Shown here piece by piece: positions 11,352 to 20,769 of a stretch of DNA of 64,000 bases. Within the stretch, counting starts at the first letter, position 1. Every line of letters starts with the position of its first letter. This DNA is from an uncultured Gammaproteobacteria bacterium (GTDB lineage Bacteria; Pseudomonadota; Gammaproteobacteria; Steroidobacterales; Rariloculaceae), in NCBI GenBank assembly GCA_963810755.1, contig CAWEOP010000005.1, forward strand, positions 6,394 through 70,393, read 5' to 3'. The notes under the pieces were generated by a model. The model saw only the letters and a list, made by a program, of their open reading frames with translations. It was not told where the DNA came from and searched no databases. Position numbers and translations under genes: made by a program.

Positions 11352-12665
11352 CTAGATCGCCATCCTGCCCGTGCTCGCGCCGATCTTCTCGACACGCGCG
11401 TTCGCGAGGTCCGCAAACGCTACGAGCAGGTTCGCCGTCGCTTCGTCACTTCCTGCCACGACGTGGCGGCCGCCTTGGAGCTTGCCGTTCGCGCCGCCCA
11501 AAATCACGGCCGGCGCATTGTGCCGGTCGTGGGCGTTGCCGTTGCTCATGCCGCTGCCCCAGTAGACCAGCGAGGAATCGAGCAGCGTGCCGTCGCCGTC
11601 GGGGGTCGCCTGAAGCTTGCCGACGAACTCGGCGAACTTCGACACCTGATAGGTGACGAGCTTCGCGTACTTCTCGATGCCCTCGGGCTTGTCGCCGTGG
11701 TGCGAGACCGGGTGATGCGGCTCGGAGATGCCGATGTGCGCATAGCTCCGGCTGCTGCCCTCGTGGCCCAGCATGAACGTGAACACGCGCGAGATGTCGC
11801 CCTGGAATGCGAGGTGCAGGAGGTCGTACGTGACGGTGAGGTGATCGTCGAAGCTGTCCGGGATGCCGATCGGCGCCGCGGGCGCCGAAGCGAGCGTGTC
11901 CTTACGAGCCTGCATCTTCTCGAGCGACTCTTCGACGCGCCGGACGTTCGTGAGGTACTCGTCGAGGATCGCGTTGTCGTGGCTGCCGAGCTTGTGCTCG
12001 AGCCGCTTGGTCTCTTCCGCAACCGAGTCGAGCATGCTCTGCTTCTGGCGCAGTCGGCCGAGTCGCTGCTCCGCCGTGCCCGGGTCGCCGAACATGCGCT
12101 CGAACGTCACCTGCGGGTTGATCGCGACGGGCAGCGGGCTGAAGTCGTCGTGCCACGAGATCGTGTTGAAGAACACGCAAGGGAAGCCGTCGCATGCGCC
12201 CGCGGCCGTACCCATGTCTTCCGTGCCCACCTCGAGCGAGCGCATCGGCGTGTCCTCAGCGACGACGTCCGCGATGTATTGGTCGATGGTTTTCTTCGAT
12301 TCGATCTTGCCGTAGTTACCGGCGGTGTTGACGGGGCCGACGCCGTTCAGGAACGCGGAGCTCGCGCCGACGTGCACGGAGCCGTCCGGCGCCTTCATCT
12401 TGCTCACCGTAACCAGGTGAGCGCGATACGGCTCGAGCGGCTTCATGATCGGCTGGAAGTCGAAATCGGTACCGACCTTGGTCGGGTGCCAGAGCTGCGG
12501 GTACACGCCGTTCGGCATGTAGATCGCGCCGAAGCGCAGTGGCCGCTTCGCGCTCGATTGGCCGAAGGCCGGCACCATCGCATTCAACATCGGCAGAGCG
12601 ATCGCGGCACCCGCGCCGCGGAGAAACGTGCGGCGGTGCAGGTGCTTCTTCGTGATGAACGTCAT
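11352..12665 (-). CDS. DUF1552 family protein (Tat-exported)
   Basis: MTFITKKHLHRRTFLRGAGAAIALPMLNAM, YMPNG, EPHHPVSHH, DGDGTLLDSSLVYWGSGMSNGNAH. Confidence 0.88.
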   Translation of the reverse strand: MTFITKKHLHRRTFLRGAGAAIALPMLNAMVPAFGQSSAKRPLRFGAIYMPNGVYPQLWHPTKVGTDFDFQPIMKPLEPYRAHLVTVSKMKAPDGSVHVGASSAFLNGVGPVNTAGNYGKIESKKTIDQYIADVVAEDTPMRSLEVGTEDMGTAAGACDGFPCVFFNTISWHDDFSPLPVAINPQVTFERMFGDPGTAEQRLGRLRQKQSMLDSVAEETKRLEHKLGSHDNAILDEYLTNVRRVEESLEKMQARKDTLASAPAAPIGIPDSFDDHLTVTYDLLHLAFQGDISRVFTFMLGHEGSSRSYAHIGISEPHHPVSHHGDKPEGIEKYAKLVTYQVSKFAEFVGKLQATPDGDGTLLDSSLVYWGSGMSNGNAHDRHNAPAVILGGANGKLQGGRHVVAGSDEATANLLVAFADLANARVEKIGASTGRMAI

Positions 12666-12684
12666 GACAATACCCTCCATCCAA

Positions 12685-15123
12685 TCATTGGCGCCGCGCC
12701 ACGGTCGAAAGCGCGTCTGGTTCGGCAAGTTTGGTTCGCATTTGGAACGGCAAGCTGTCGACCACCCCCAGGATGATGGCCGACAACCGATAATCGTCCT
12801 TCGCCGCGTTTCGCACAATGCTGCGAACCACCGGCATGTCCGCGGGCTCGAGCCCTCGGCCCAGGGCGTAGATCAGGAGCTTCTCGGCCACCGTGCCCGC
12901 GAACACCTCAGGTCTAGCGAGCAGGGCCGCGCGCAGCGCGACGGGGCCGTCGACGGCCGTGCCGTCGGCCAGGATGCCGGCCGCGTCGATCGGGAGCCCG
13001 TCGACCGTCTCGTCCTGCCACTGGCCGACCGCGTTGAAGTTCTCGAGCGCGAAGCCGAGCGGGTCCAAGTTCCGGTGGCACGTCGCGCACGTCGGGTTCG
13101 CGCGGTGCAGCTCGAGCTGCTCGCGGACCGTCGACGGCCGGTCCTTCGGCTTACTGTCCTCGAGCGCGGGCACCACCGCGGGCGGCTGGGGCGGCGGGCT
13201 GTTCAAGATATTCGCCATCACGTACTTGCCGCGGATGATCGGGGACGTGCGGCTCGCGGCCGACGTGAGCGACAGGATGCTGCCGTGACCGAGCAAGCCG
13301 CGGCGCTTCGGATCGGTGAGCGCCACCTTGCGGAACCGGGAGCCGTAGACGCCCGGAATACCGTAGTGGCGCGCGAGCCGCTCGTTCACGAACGTGTAGT
13401 CGGCATCGAGCAGCTCGAGCACGCTGCGGTTCTCGCGCAGCACGTTCGAGAACAATAGCTCCGTCTCGCGGCGAAACGCCTTGCGGAGGTTGTCGTCGAA
13501 GTCGGGGAACAGCAGGAGATCGGGCACGACTCGCTGCTCGAGATTGCGCAGCTGCAGCCACTGACCGGTGAAGTTCGCCACGAGCGCGTCGGCGCGCGGA
13601 TCCGCGATCATGCGCCGCACCTGCGCCTCGAGCACGCGCGGCTTGCTGAGCCGGTCGTCGATCGCGAGGTCGAGCAGCTCGTCGTCCGGGATGCTCGACC
13701 AGAGGAAGAACGAGAGACGCGATGCGAGCTCGACGTCGCCGATCCGGTGCGCGGAGCCGGCCGGCAGATCCGCGGCGTCGCCTTCCGCACGGAACAGGAA
13801 CGACGGGCTCACGAGCATGCGCGAGAGCCCCGCGCGGATGCCGGCGTCGAAGTCGCCACCCTCGGCGCGGGCGCCGTCATAAAAGGAGACCGGCGCCGCG
13901 ATATCGTCTTCGTCCACGGGCCGCCGGAATGCGCGCTTCGCGAGCGTCGTGAAGATCTCCTTCGCGCACGCGGGCTCCTCGGCGGCCGTCGCGGGCTTGC
14001 AGACGAGCACGCGCTCACGGATCGCCGTGTCGCTGACGCCGCTCACGTCGAACGGGCCCGCGATGTTCGCGGTCTCGAGCCGCGGGATTCCGGCCGGGTT
14101 ATGCGCTTCCTGCGAGTCGCGCAGCGACGGCTGCCAGGCGTTCTGCTCGAGAGCCGGGCGCTCGACCCAGGTGAAGCCGATCTCGTGCGGGCCGGCGGTG
14201 ATCGGAATGCGCGGCGACGTCATCCGTTCGTCGATCACGACGCGCGATGCGAGGATGTCGGCCGCGCTTTCCTTGTGGTCGTCCGGGCCGCCGACCGCGG
14301 CGGCGTAGACCTGCTCGCCGTCGACTGTAATCACGAACTGGTGCGGCGTGTCCTGCCCTTCGACGCCGACGTAACCCTCCGCGACGGTGCGCAACAACCG
14401 GCCGGACAGCACGTAGTCCGCGTCCGCCGGGAAGTTGTGCGTGACGACGGTGCCGCCGCGCGTGCCGATCGGCAGGCCTTCCATGTGCTGGTCCTGCGTG
14501 ACGTCGACCGGGATCTTGTAGGTGGCGGCGGTCGGGACGGTGTCGGGATTGCCGATCGCGACGTCCGCGACGCGCAGCGCCGCAGTGAGGTAGCGCTCGA
14601 GCAGCAGCGGCGAAGTCGTGAGCACCGCGGCGATATTGTCGAACCCGAAGTCTCCACCGTCGCTCGGCAAGAGCTCCGTCACGTCCACCTCGACGCCGAG
14701 CAAGTCCCGGATCGCATTCGCGTACTCGGCGCGATTGAGTCGATGCACGGTTTGCGCGCCGGCGTACGGCTCGGCGGCGGCGGCCGCATCGAGCGTGCTC
14801 TCCAAGGCCGCGACGAACTCCTCGCGCAATGCGGGATCGGGTTGCGGCTCGTCGCGCGGCGGCATCATGCCGAGACGCAGCTTCTTGATCGCGGCTTCCC
14901 AGACGCGCGCGTCCTGAATGACGCTGTCAGGCCGTCTGTGCTCGAACGACAGATCGCCGGTGAGCTCGGCATCGTTGTGGCAGTCGACGCAATACTTGTC
15001 GAGCATCGCCCAGCGCTCTTCGAGCACGGCTTCCGGCGCAGGCTTCAACCAGACGTACGCGCCGACACCCACCGCGATCGCGGCGGCCGCGCACCCGCCC
15101 GCAATATAGGTCGATCGCGTCAT
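12685..15123 (-). CDS. DUF1592/1588/1587/1585/1595 multidomain protein with two haem c motifs
   Basis: CVDCH, GMMPP, HRLNRAEYANAIRDLLG, ELASRLSFFLWSSIPDDELL, NFTGQWL, TSPIIRG, CATCH. Confidence 0.9.
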   Translation of the reverse strand: MTRSTYIAGGCAAAAIAVGVGAYVWLKPAPEAVLEERWAMLDKYCVDCHNDAELTGDLSFEHRRPDSVIQDARVWEAAIKKLRLGMMPPRDEPQPDPALREEFVAALESTLDAAAAAEPYAGAQTVHRLNRAEYANAIRDLLGVEVDVTELLPSDGGDFGFDNIAAVLTTSPLLLERYLTAALRVADVAIGNPDTVPTAATYKIPVDVTQDQHMEGLPIGTRGGTVVTHNFPADADYVLSGRLLRTVAEGYVGVEGQDTPHQFVITVDGEQVYAAAVGGPDDHKESAADILASRVVIDERMTSPRIPITAGPHEIGFTWVERPALEQNAWQPSLRDSQEAHNPAGIPRLETANIAGPFDVSGVSDTAIRERVLVCKPATAAEEPACAKEIFTTLAKRAFRRPVDEDDIAAPVSFYDGARAEGGDFDAGIRAGLSRMLVSPSFLFRAEGDAADLPAGSAHRIGDVELASRLSFFLWSSIPDDELLDLAIDDRLSKPRVLEAQVRRMIADPRADALVANFTGQWLQLRNLEQRVVPDLLLFPDFDDNLRKAFRRETELLFSNVLRENRSVLELLDADYTFVNERLARHYGIPGVYGSRFRKVALTDPKRRGLLGHGSILSLTSAASRTSPIIRGKYVMANILNSPPPQPPAVVPALEDSKPKDRPSTVREQLELHRANPTCATCHRNLDPLGFALENFNAVGQWQDETVDGLPIDAAGILADGTAVDGPVALRAALLARPEVFAGTVAEKLLIYALGRGLEPADMPVVRSIVRNAAKDDYRLSAIILGVVDSLPFQMRTKLAEPDALSTVARRQ

Positions 15124-16733
15124 CGCGCCTCGTGCGTGTCCGCGGCCGCGTGGGCCTCGACGGCCGGCTTCTTCGCCGCGTCGCGCAGCAACGCGACGAC
15201 CTCTTCGGGCGCGGCGGCGTCCTTGCCCTTCTGCGGGCCGAACGGATTCGCGGCCGGGTCGTACGGCTCGAGCTTCTCGGCGAGCTGTAGCGCGGTGAGC
15301 CCGTCGCCGTTCTTGGCCTTGAGATCCGCGCCGCCTTCGGTGAGCGCGCGCAGAGTGTCCAGATTGCGCAAGTCGACGGCCTTGTGCAGCGCCGTGGCAC
15401 CGTCGCTCCCGACGGCGTTGACGTTCGCGCCGGACGCGATCAGCAAGCGCGCGGCGTCGGCCGGCGTGCGATTCGACGGCTCGCGGAACGGCGGCGGCCC
15501 GACGCGCGAGTAGCCGGGACCGGCGGACAACGGTACGCCCTTACCGCCGTTGATCGCGGCCATCAGCGGCGTCTTGCCGACGTTCGCATTCGCGCCCGGC
15601 CCGCCGCCTTCGGCGTTCGTCGGCGTCCACTCGAGGTTCGCGCCGTGCGCGATCAGAAGCTTCAGCGCTTCGACGTCGGCGGCGATGGCCGCGCGATAGA
15701 ACGGCGACGCGTTCGCGAACGGATCGCAGCACATCGCCGCGGCGTGCATCTGGCCGACGAACGGCTTGTTCGGATCCGCTCCTTTGTCGAGGAAGAGCGC
15801 GATCAGATCGAGCGCGGTGCGCTGGTTGGCGAAATTGTTGCGCAGCTTCGAGCCGTCGTGCGCGTACCAGTCCGTCGTCGCGTCGCGCATCTCCACGGCG
15901 TGGTAGAGCGAGCCGTCGTTCGCGTCAGCGCCGAGCTCGAGCAGCGTCGCGGCAAGATCGAACCGGTCGTTCACGACCGTGATCATCATCGCCGTCGCGC
16001 CATCGCCGTTGCGCGTGCTGAAGTCGGCGCCGGCCGCGGCGAGCCGACGGACGACGTCTTCGTGGCCGTTGCGGGCCGCCCACATCAGAGCCGTGAAGCC
16101 GCCGGACGGATAGTCGGCGTTCTTGCGATCCTTGAGCAGGTTGATGTGCGCCTGAAGGTTCGGATCCGCGCCCGCATTCAAGAGCGCATCGACCACGGCC
16201 GTGTGGCCTTCGGCGGCCGCCCACATCAGAGCGGTCTGCTGTTGAAAGGACTCCTGGGCGTTCGGCTGCGCGCCGTGCGCGAGCAGGAGCCGCACCGCCT
16301 CCACGTTGCCGGCCTGCGACGCCGCCATGAGCGGCGTCTCGCCTTCCGGATGGGCGAGCGCAACGTCGGCGCCGCCGTCGAGGAGCGCGTCGACGATCGC
16401 AGCGTCACCGGTGCGGCTCGCCTGGATCAGCGGCGTGACGCCGTATTTGTTCGCGACGTTCGCGTTCGCGTGCGCTGCGGTGAGCGCCTTGACCATCTCG
16501 AGGTCGGAGTTGTACGCGGCCCAGAGCAGCGCCGTGGAGCCGTCCGTCGCGGGCATATTTACGTCGGCGCGTGAGCCGATGAGCGCCTTGACCGTGCCGA
16601 GATCGTCGGCGCGTGCGGCTTTTGCGATCGGGCTATCGGCCGCGGACGCGGGCGCCGCGCACAGCACGGCGAGCAGCAGCGACGAACCGAACGCGGCGTG
16701 ACCGCGTATACCCAGCTTCTTCTGCGTGCGCAT
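15120..16733 (-). CDS. Secreted ankyrin-repeat protein
   Basis: Signal peptide then many G-TPL/TAL-xxAA ankyrin repeats; stop overlaps the DUF1592 ATG. Confidence 0.9.
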   Translation of the reverse strand: MRTQKKLGIRGHAAFGSSLLLAVLCAAPASAADSPIAKAARADDLGTVKALIGSRADVNMPATDGSTALLWAAYNSDLEMVKALTAAHANANVANKYGVTPLIQASRTGDAAIVDALLDGGADVALAHPEGETPLMAASQAGNVEAVRLLLAHGAQPNAQESFQQQTALMWAAAEGHTAVVDALLNAGADPNLQAHINLLKDRKNADYPSGGFTALMWAARNGHEDVVRRLAAAGADFSTRNGDGATAMMITVVNDRFDLAATLLELGADANDGSLYHAVEMRDATTDWYAHDGSKLRNNFANQRTALDLIALFLDKGADPNKPFVGQMHAAAMCCDPFANASPFYRAAIAADVEALKLLIAHGANLEWTPTNAEGGGPGANANVGKTPLMAAINGGKGVPLSAGPGYSRVGPPPFREPSNRTPADAARLLIASGANVNAVGSDGATALHKAVDLRNLDTLRALTEGGADLKAKNGDGLTALQLAEKLEPYDPAANPFGPQKGKDAAAPEEVVALLRDAAKKPAVEAHAAADTHEAR

Positions 16734-17130
16734 CCTCGTACCCCCTACGACGCGAACAGTCTTGACTGAGCTCGGCGATGAAGCCCTCGGGACGTGCCCG
16801 CGGCCCCTCGCCGAATTTCGAATCAGAATAACTGCAAAGTAAGTAATGCGCCATAACAGAGTGCGCAGAAAGCCACAGAAGACGGAGTACGGTAACCATG
16901 CGTAGGAGACGGGATTCACGGCGCATTAGGCGACTCGACGAGCCGCCGGAGCGAAGGTAAGTTGCGGAAAGGCCGAGGTACACTTACGTCACAAATTCGA
17001 ACGGCCGCGGCATCTCCTGCGGCCCGGGCTAAGACCGGCGGGGGCAACGCGCACGCCGGCCGTTAGAAAACTTAAGGATTGCGGCCATGCCGGGTGAGCT
17101 CGGCCGAGCGGGCGTCGCTCGACGATAGCG

Positions 17131-17619
17131 ATGTGCACAACGCGCCTCCAAGCCAAGAACCTCGAGCTCGTGCCAAAGAGCACGGAGGAAGTTCGGGCGG
17201 CGATCGCCGCGATGGATCCTGCAACGAAGGCACAGCTATCGGCCGATTGGATGGCGCTACTCGCCGCCGCGACCTCGGGCGACGCGTGGGTGCTCGGCTA
17301 TTCAGTGGTGCACCGCGCTAGCGGCGCCGTCGTCGGCTCGTGCGGCTACAAGGGTCCGCCAACGGCGGATGGTGCGGTCGAAATCGCGTACGGCATCGAT
17401 TCCGAGCAGCGCGGCAAAGGGTACGCGACGGAAGCGGCGGCGGCGCTCGTCGAGCACGCGTTCGCGTCGGCGGAAGTGCGGGTCGTCATCGCGCATACCC
17501 TTCCGGAGTCGCACGCCTCGCAGAAAGTCCTCGCGAACTGCGGTTTCGCGTACGTCGCCGAGGTCATCGATCCCGACGACGGGCTCGTCTTCAGATTCGA
17601 GAAGCACCGAGACGCGTGA
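17131..17619 (+). CDS. GNAT N-acetyltransferase (RimJ/RimL type)
   Basis: VEIAYGI...QRGKGYATEA acetyl-CoA motif; ASQKVL...GF. Confidence 0.85.
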   Translation: MCTTRLQAKNLELVPKSTEEVRAAIAAMDPATKAQLSADWMALLAAATSGDAWVLGYSVVHRASGAVVGSCGYKGPPTADGAVEIAYGIDSEQRGKGYATEAAAALVEHAFASAEVRVVIAHTLPESHASQKVLANCGFAYVAEVIDPDDGLVFRFEKHRDA

Positions 17620-17652
17620 TGGTGCGCCCAACCTTCTACCCGCGAACCGCGG

Positions 17653-18417
17653 TCAGCGCACGAGCTCCATACCTTTCGCCTCGTACGTGTGCGCCGCGCC
17701 CGGAGCACGCAGCGCCGCGACGAGCTTCCTGGTGTCCGCGTGCGCGGCCGAGCTCGCGCTGGCGCCGCCGGCAAACGACACGTAGCCCTGGAGCTCTTTC
17801 GGGAACGGCGCGACGAACTGCACGCCGTGCGCCGGCAAGATCTCGCTGATCAGCGTGAGCACCATCTCCACCTTGCCGTTCGCGACGGTCTCGACCGACT
17901 GATCGACGCTCTGCGCGATCACGATTTTCGGCTTCATTTCCGCCGCGATGCCGAGCGTGTCGAGCATCCGCTCGATGTGCGGCTTCGAGGCCCCGACGCC
18001 GACCCACGTGACCGACTTGGTCGCGAGCAGGGCCCGCTTCATCGCGTCGGGCGTCGCGACGTCCGGCTTCGCCGCGCCTGCGCGCACACCGACGCCGACG
18101 CCGGAGCGGCCGAGCGCCCCGACGGAGTCCGGCGCGATCTTTCCCGATTTCGCGAGCGCGTCGATCACTTCCGTGGTGAGCACCGCGACGTCGAACGCCT
18201 CGCCCGCCTCGATCCGCTGGCGCAGCGCGGCAGTCGTGTTGAACTCGAACGCGAGCGGACGCTTGAGGTCCCTTTCGAGCTGCGGCTTCAGCTCGTCGAT
18301 CACCGCTTTCATGCCGTTCGACGCGAGCACGTGCAGCGGCGTCGACTGTGCGTTCGCGAGCTGACCTGCCAAACCGAGGGCTACCGCCGTAGTGAAGCCG
18401 AGAAGTCGCATGATCAT
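17653..18417 (-). CDS. ModA-like periplasmic substrate-binding protein (no adjacent transporter)
   Basis: Signal peptide; GEAFDVAVL, GVGVRAGAAKPDV, LISEILP. Confidence 0.7.
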   Translation of the reverse strand: MIMRLLGFTTAVALGLAGQLANAQSTPLHVLASNGMKAVIDELKPQLERDLKRPLAFEFNTTAALRQRIEAGEAFDVAVLTTEVIDALAKSGKIAPDSVGALGRSGVGVGVRAGAAKPDVATPDAMKRALLATKSVTWVGVGASKPHIERMLDTLGIAAEMKPKIVIAQSVDQSVETVANGKVEMVLTLISEILPAHGVQFVAPFPKELQGYVSFAGGASASSAAHADTRKLVAALRAPGAAHTYEAKGMELVR

Positions 18418-18431
18418 TCCCCTTTTTCGTC

Positions 18432-18731
18432 CTAGAATTTCTTCGCGAGCAACATCACGCGGCGCGCCGCGGCGAGCAGCAGCAAGCCGCGGCTGATGAG
18501 CCGCAGAGTGCCGGCCCCGCGCGCACGCCCGATCAGCACGAGTGCGATTACGCCTGCCGCGATCGCGACGGGGTGCAGCACCGTGCTGCGCGCCAACGTC
18601 ACGATCCGATCCACCGATTGCAGCCGCGTTTCGACTGCTCGCACCTCGCCCGCCACGACACGCCGTTGAAAGGCGCAGCGCAACCGCAGCGTCGCGTTTC
18701 GTTCCGCGAGCTCGCGTCCTCGATCGCTCAT
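18432..18731 (-). CDS. yqjK: YqjK-like protein
   Basis: Basic helical N-terminus plus HPV-hydrophobic segment; third gene after yqjD/yqjE homologues. Confidence 0.6.
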   Translation of the reverse strand: MSDRGRELAERNATLRLRCAFQRRVVAGEVRAVETRLQSVDRIVTLARSTVLHPVAIAAGVIALVLIGRARGAGTLRLISRGLLLLAAARRVMLLAKKF

Positions 18732-18759
18732 CCAGTCGCTCCCGCGGCGAGCGCCGGCG

Positions 18760-19185
18760 TCACGAGCGTCGCCTCTTGAGCTGCTCGCGATCCTTCGCGA
18801 GCTCCGCGAACGTGCCTTCGAGCAAACGCGGGCGATTCCGCACTTTCGTGCGCAGCACCACGAGCCCCGCGAGCGCGATCGCGAAAAACGAGCTCGCGAC
18901 GAGCACCGACGCGAGCACGCGGTGCGTGTCCCAGAACATGAAGATGATCACGAGCGTCGTGAGGAACAGGCCCATCGCCGCCGCGAGCAGCGCAACGAGG
19001 GTCCAGATCAAGATCTCTACGCCCCGGTGGATTTCCTCTTGCACCTCCGTCGTGAGCAGCTCGATGCGTGTCTGCGCAATCGAGACGACGGTCGCGAGCA
19101 GGTTGGCGAGCGACTTGAAAAGCCCGCTGACGGGACCGCTTTCTGTCGTGCCCGGTCCTTCGGGCGTATCGGCGTCGTCGACCAA
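18760..19185 (-). CDS. yqjE: YqjE / phage-holin-like membrane protein
   Basis: QTRIELLTTEVQEE, two TM segments, TFAELAKDRE; start codon uncertain (TTG). Confidence 0.75.
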   Translation of the reverse strand: MVDDADTPEGPGTTESGPVSGLFKSLANLLATVVSIAQTRIELLTTEVQEEIHRGVEILIWTLVALLAAAMGLFLTTLVIIFMFWDTHRVLASVLVASSFFAIALAGLVVLRTKVRNRPRLLEGTFAELAKDREQLKRRRS

Positions 19186-19202
19186 GCGCCGGCTCGCCTG
19201 CG

Positions 19203-19508
19203 TCAACGGCGACCGAGCAACAGGCCGAGCACGAGCGCGACGCCGGCCACGATGCCGATGGCCTGCCACGGATTCGCGCGCACGTAGACGTCCGCCTCCC
19301 CCGCGAGCGCGCGAGCGCGCTCCATCGCCTCGTCCTCGATGCCCGCGAGCCGCTCCTTCGCTTGCCGCACGCTTTCCTCGGCGCGGGTTCGCGCCTCCTC
19401 GATCTTCTCGCCGGTCTGCGCGGCGGTCGCCCTGAGCAGGGTTTCCGCGTCGCGGATTACGGCGTGCAAATCGTCGATGAGCTTGTCGGCGGTACCGTTG
19501 GCGTTCAT
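19203..19508 (-). CDS. yqjD: DUF883 / YqjD-ElaB membrane-anchored ribosome-binding protein
   Basis: DLHAVIRDAETLL ... DVYVRANPWQAIGIVAGVALVLGLLLGRR. Confidence 0.88.
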   Translation of the reverse strand: MNANGTADKLIDDLHAVIRDAETLLRATAAQTGEKIEEARTRAEESVRQAKERLAGIEDEAMERARALAGEADVYVRANPWQAIGIVAGVALVLGLLLGRR

Positions 19509-19593
19509 TGGTGTTGTTCTCAGGTGCGCCGCAGCCTAAGGGCTGCGAACCGCGGGGAATCGATGGTATTCCGCGCCCGGAGCAGCGGCAAGC

Positions 19594-20631
19594 TCACGCT
19601 CCACCGCTGCCAGCGTTAGCGTGCGATTGCGGCTCGTCCACGACGAAGAACCGGAGCCGCTTGAGCAGCTGCCCCTGAGGCGTCAGCACGTCCACGGTCC
19701 AGGCGCCGCCGGCATCCTGCGGAAACACGTGCTTGCGCGAGTAAGTGCGAAAGCCGGCCGCATTGCCGCCGTGAATCTCCTCGACGATATCCTCCGACTC
19801 GCGGTTGTGCCGCCATTGAAAGATCACGGTCTGCGCGAGCCCCGTCGGCGCACGGATCGCGGCGAACGCGATCACGCCGCGCTCGAGATCGCCCCGCGCG
19901 AGCGTGCGCACGGGCACGCCGGGCGTCAGCTCCTCGATCGACTGCGTGATGCGCGCCTCGGTCACCGCGAGCCCGGCGGCAGGGACCTGCGCGCGAACGG
20001 CCCAGAGCAGCGGCGGGACGGCGAGCACGCCTAGCACCCAGGCGAGCTTGAGCGTGCGGCTCTTCAACGAATACAAGGACAACGGCAGAGTGAGCACGAG
20101 CCATACCGCCACTCCGGCGAGCGACACCGGCAACGCAAGCTCGAGCGGCACCCGGAGAACCATCGGCAGCACCACGAGCGCCGCGAGCCAGCTGCAATAC
20201 GCGTGGAACAGGAGGCGGCGCGGGGCGCGCGTCGCGACGTAGCGCTCGTACACCGGGTCGATCGTGCTTACCAACGCGGCGCCCGCCGCGAGCCCCGTGA
20301 ATGTGAGCTGCCCGGCATCGAGCTGCGTCGCGCCGATCAAGAGCGGCAAGCTGAAGAACAGGAGCTCCTGCTGCAGGGACTGACTCACGAAATTCACGAC
20401 GAAGTTGCCGAGGCGCGGCTTGCGCTTCTCGAGCGCGCGCCGTATTACGGGCTCGATCAAGAGCCACGGCCAGCCGAGCAGCGCTAGCAGCGCGATCAAG
20501 CGCGCGGCGCTGGCGCCGCGCTGCACCATGACGAAGCCGATCCAGCCCGCGAGGAAGCTCGTCAACGGCAGCAGCCATGGGAAGCGGCTTCCGAGCCGCG
20601 CGATGCGCCGGACGCGCCGCTGCCATCCCAT
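19594..20631 (-). CDS. Membrane protein with C-terminal DUF2914-like domain
   Basis: Multi-TM N-terminus (QQELLFFSLP), then AIRAPTGL, W.H, I.GG...GFRTYSRK, W.VDV.T..GQLL. Confidence 0.75.
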   Translation of the reverse strand: MGWQRRVRRIARLGSRFPWLLPLTSFLAGWIGFVMVQRGASAARLIALLALLGWPWLLIEPVIRRALEKRKPRLGNFVVNFVSQSLQQELLFFSLPLLIGATQLDAGQLTFTGLAAGAALVSTIDPVYERYVATRAPRRLLFHAYCSWLAALVVLPMVLRVPLELALPVSLAGVAVWLVLTLPLSLYSLKSRTLKLAWVLGVLAVPPLLWAVRAQVPAAGLAVTEARITQSIEELTPGVPVRTLARGDLERGVIAFAAIRAPTGLAQTVIFQWRHNRESEDIVEEIHGGNAAGFRTYSRKHVFPQDAGGAWTVDVLTPQGQLLKRLRFFVVDEPQSHANAGSGGA

Positions 20632-20769
20632 CAGACACCCTCCGCTGTGAACGGAGTGCTCGTGGAGCGAAGGCGAATCGAGCGTTTATGCATGGCGTGT
20701 GAGTGGTCCGCGGTCCTTGCGAGTTCCTGAGATTCGGGCGCGTCCGCCCCCAGGGCTATTCTGCTATAA

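Noticed and set aside
16830-16856. Sigma54 promoter for the ankyrin operon (TGGCGC...TTGCA)
   Set aside because: The GG-to-GC spacing is not the required 10 nt.
18760-19185. Prophage holin
   Set aside because: It sits in the ordinary chromosomal yqjD-yqjE-yqjK cluster with no phage genes nearby.
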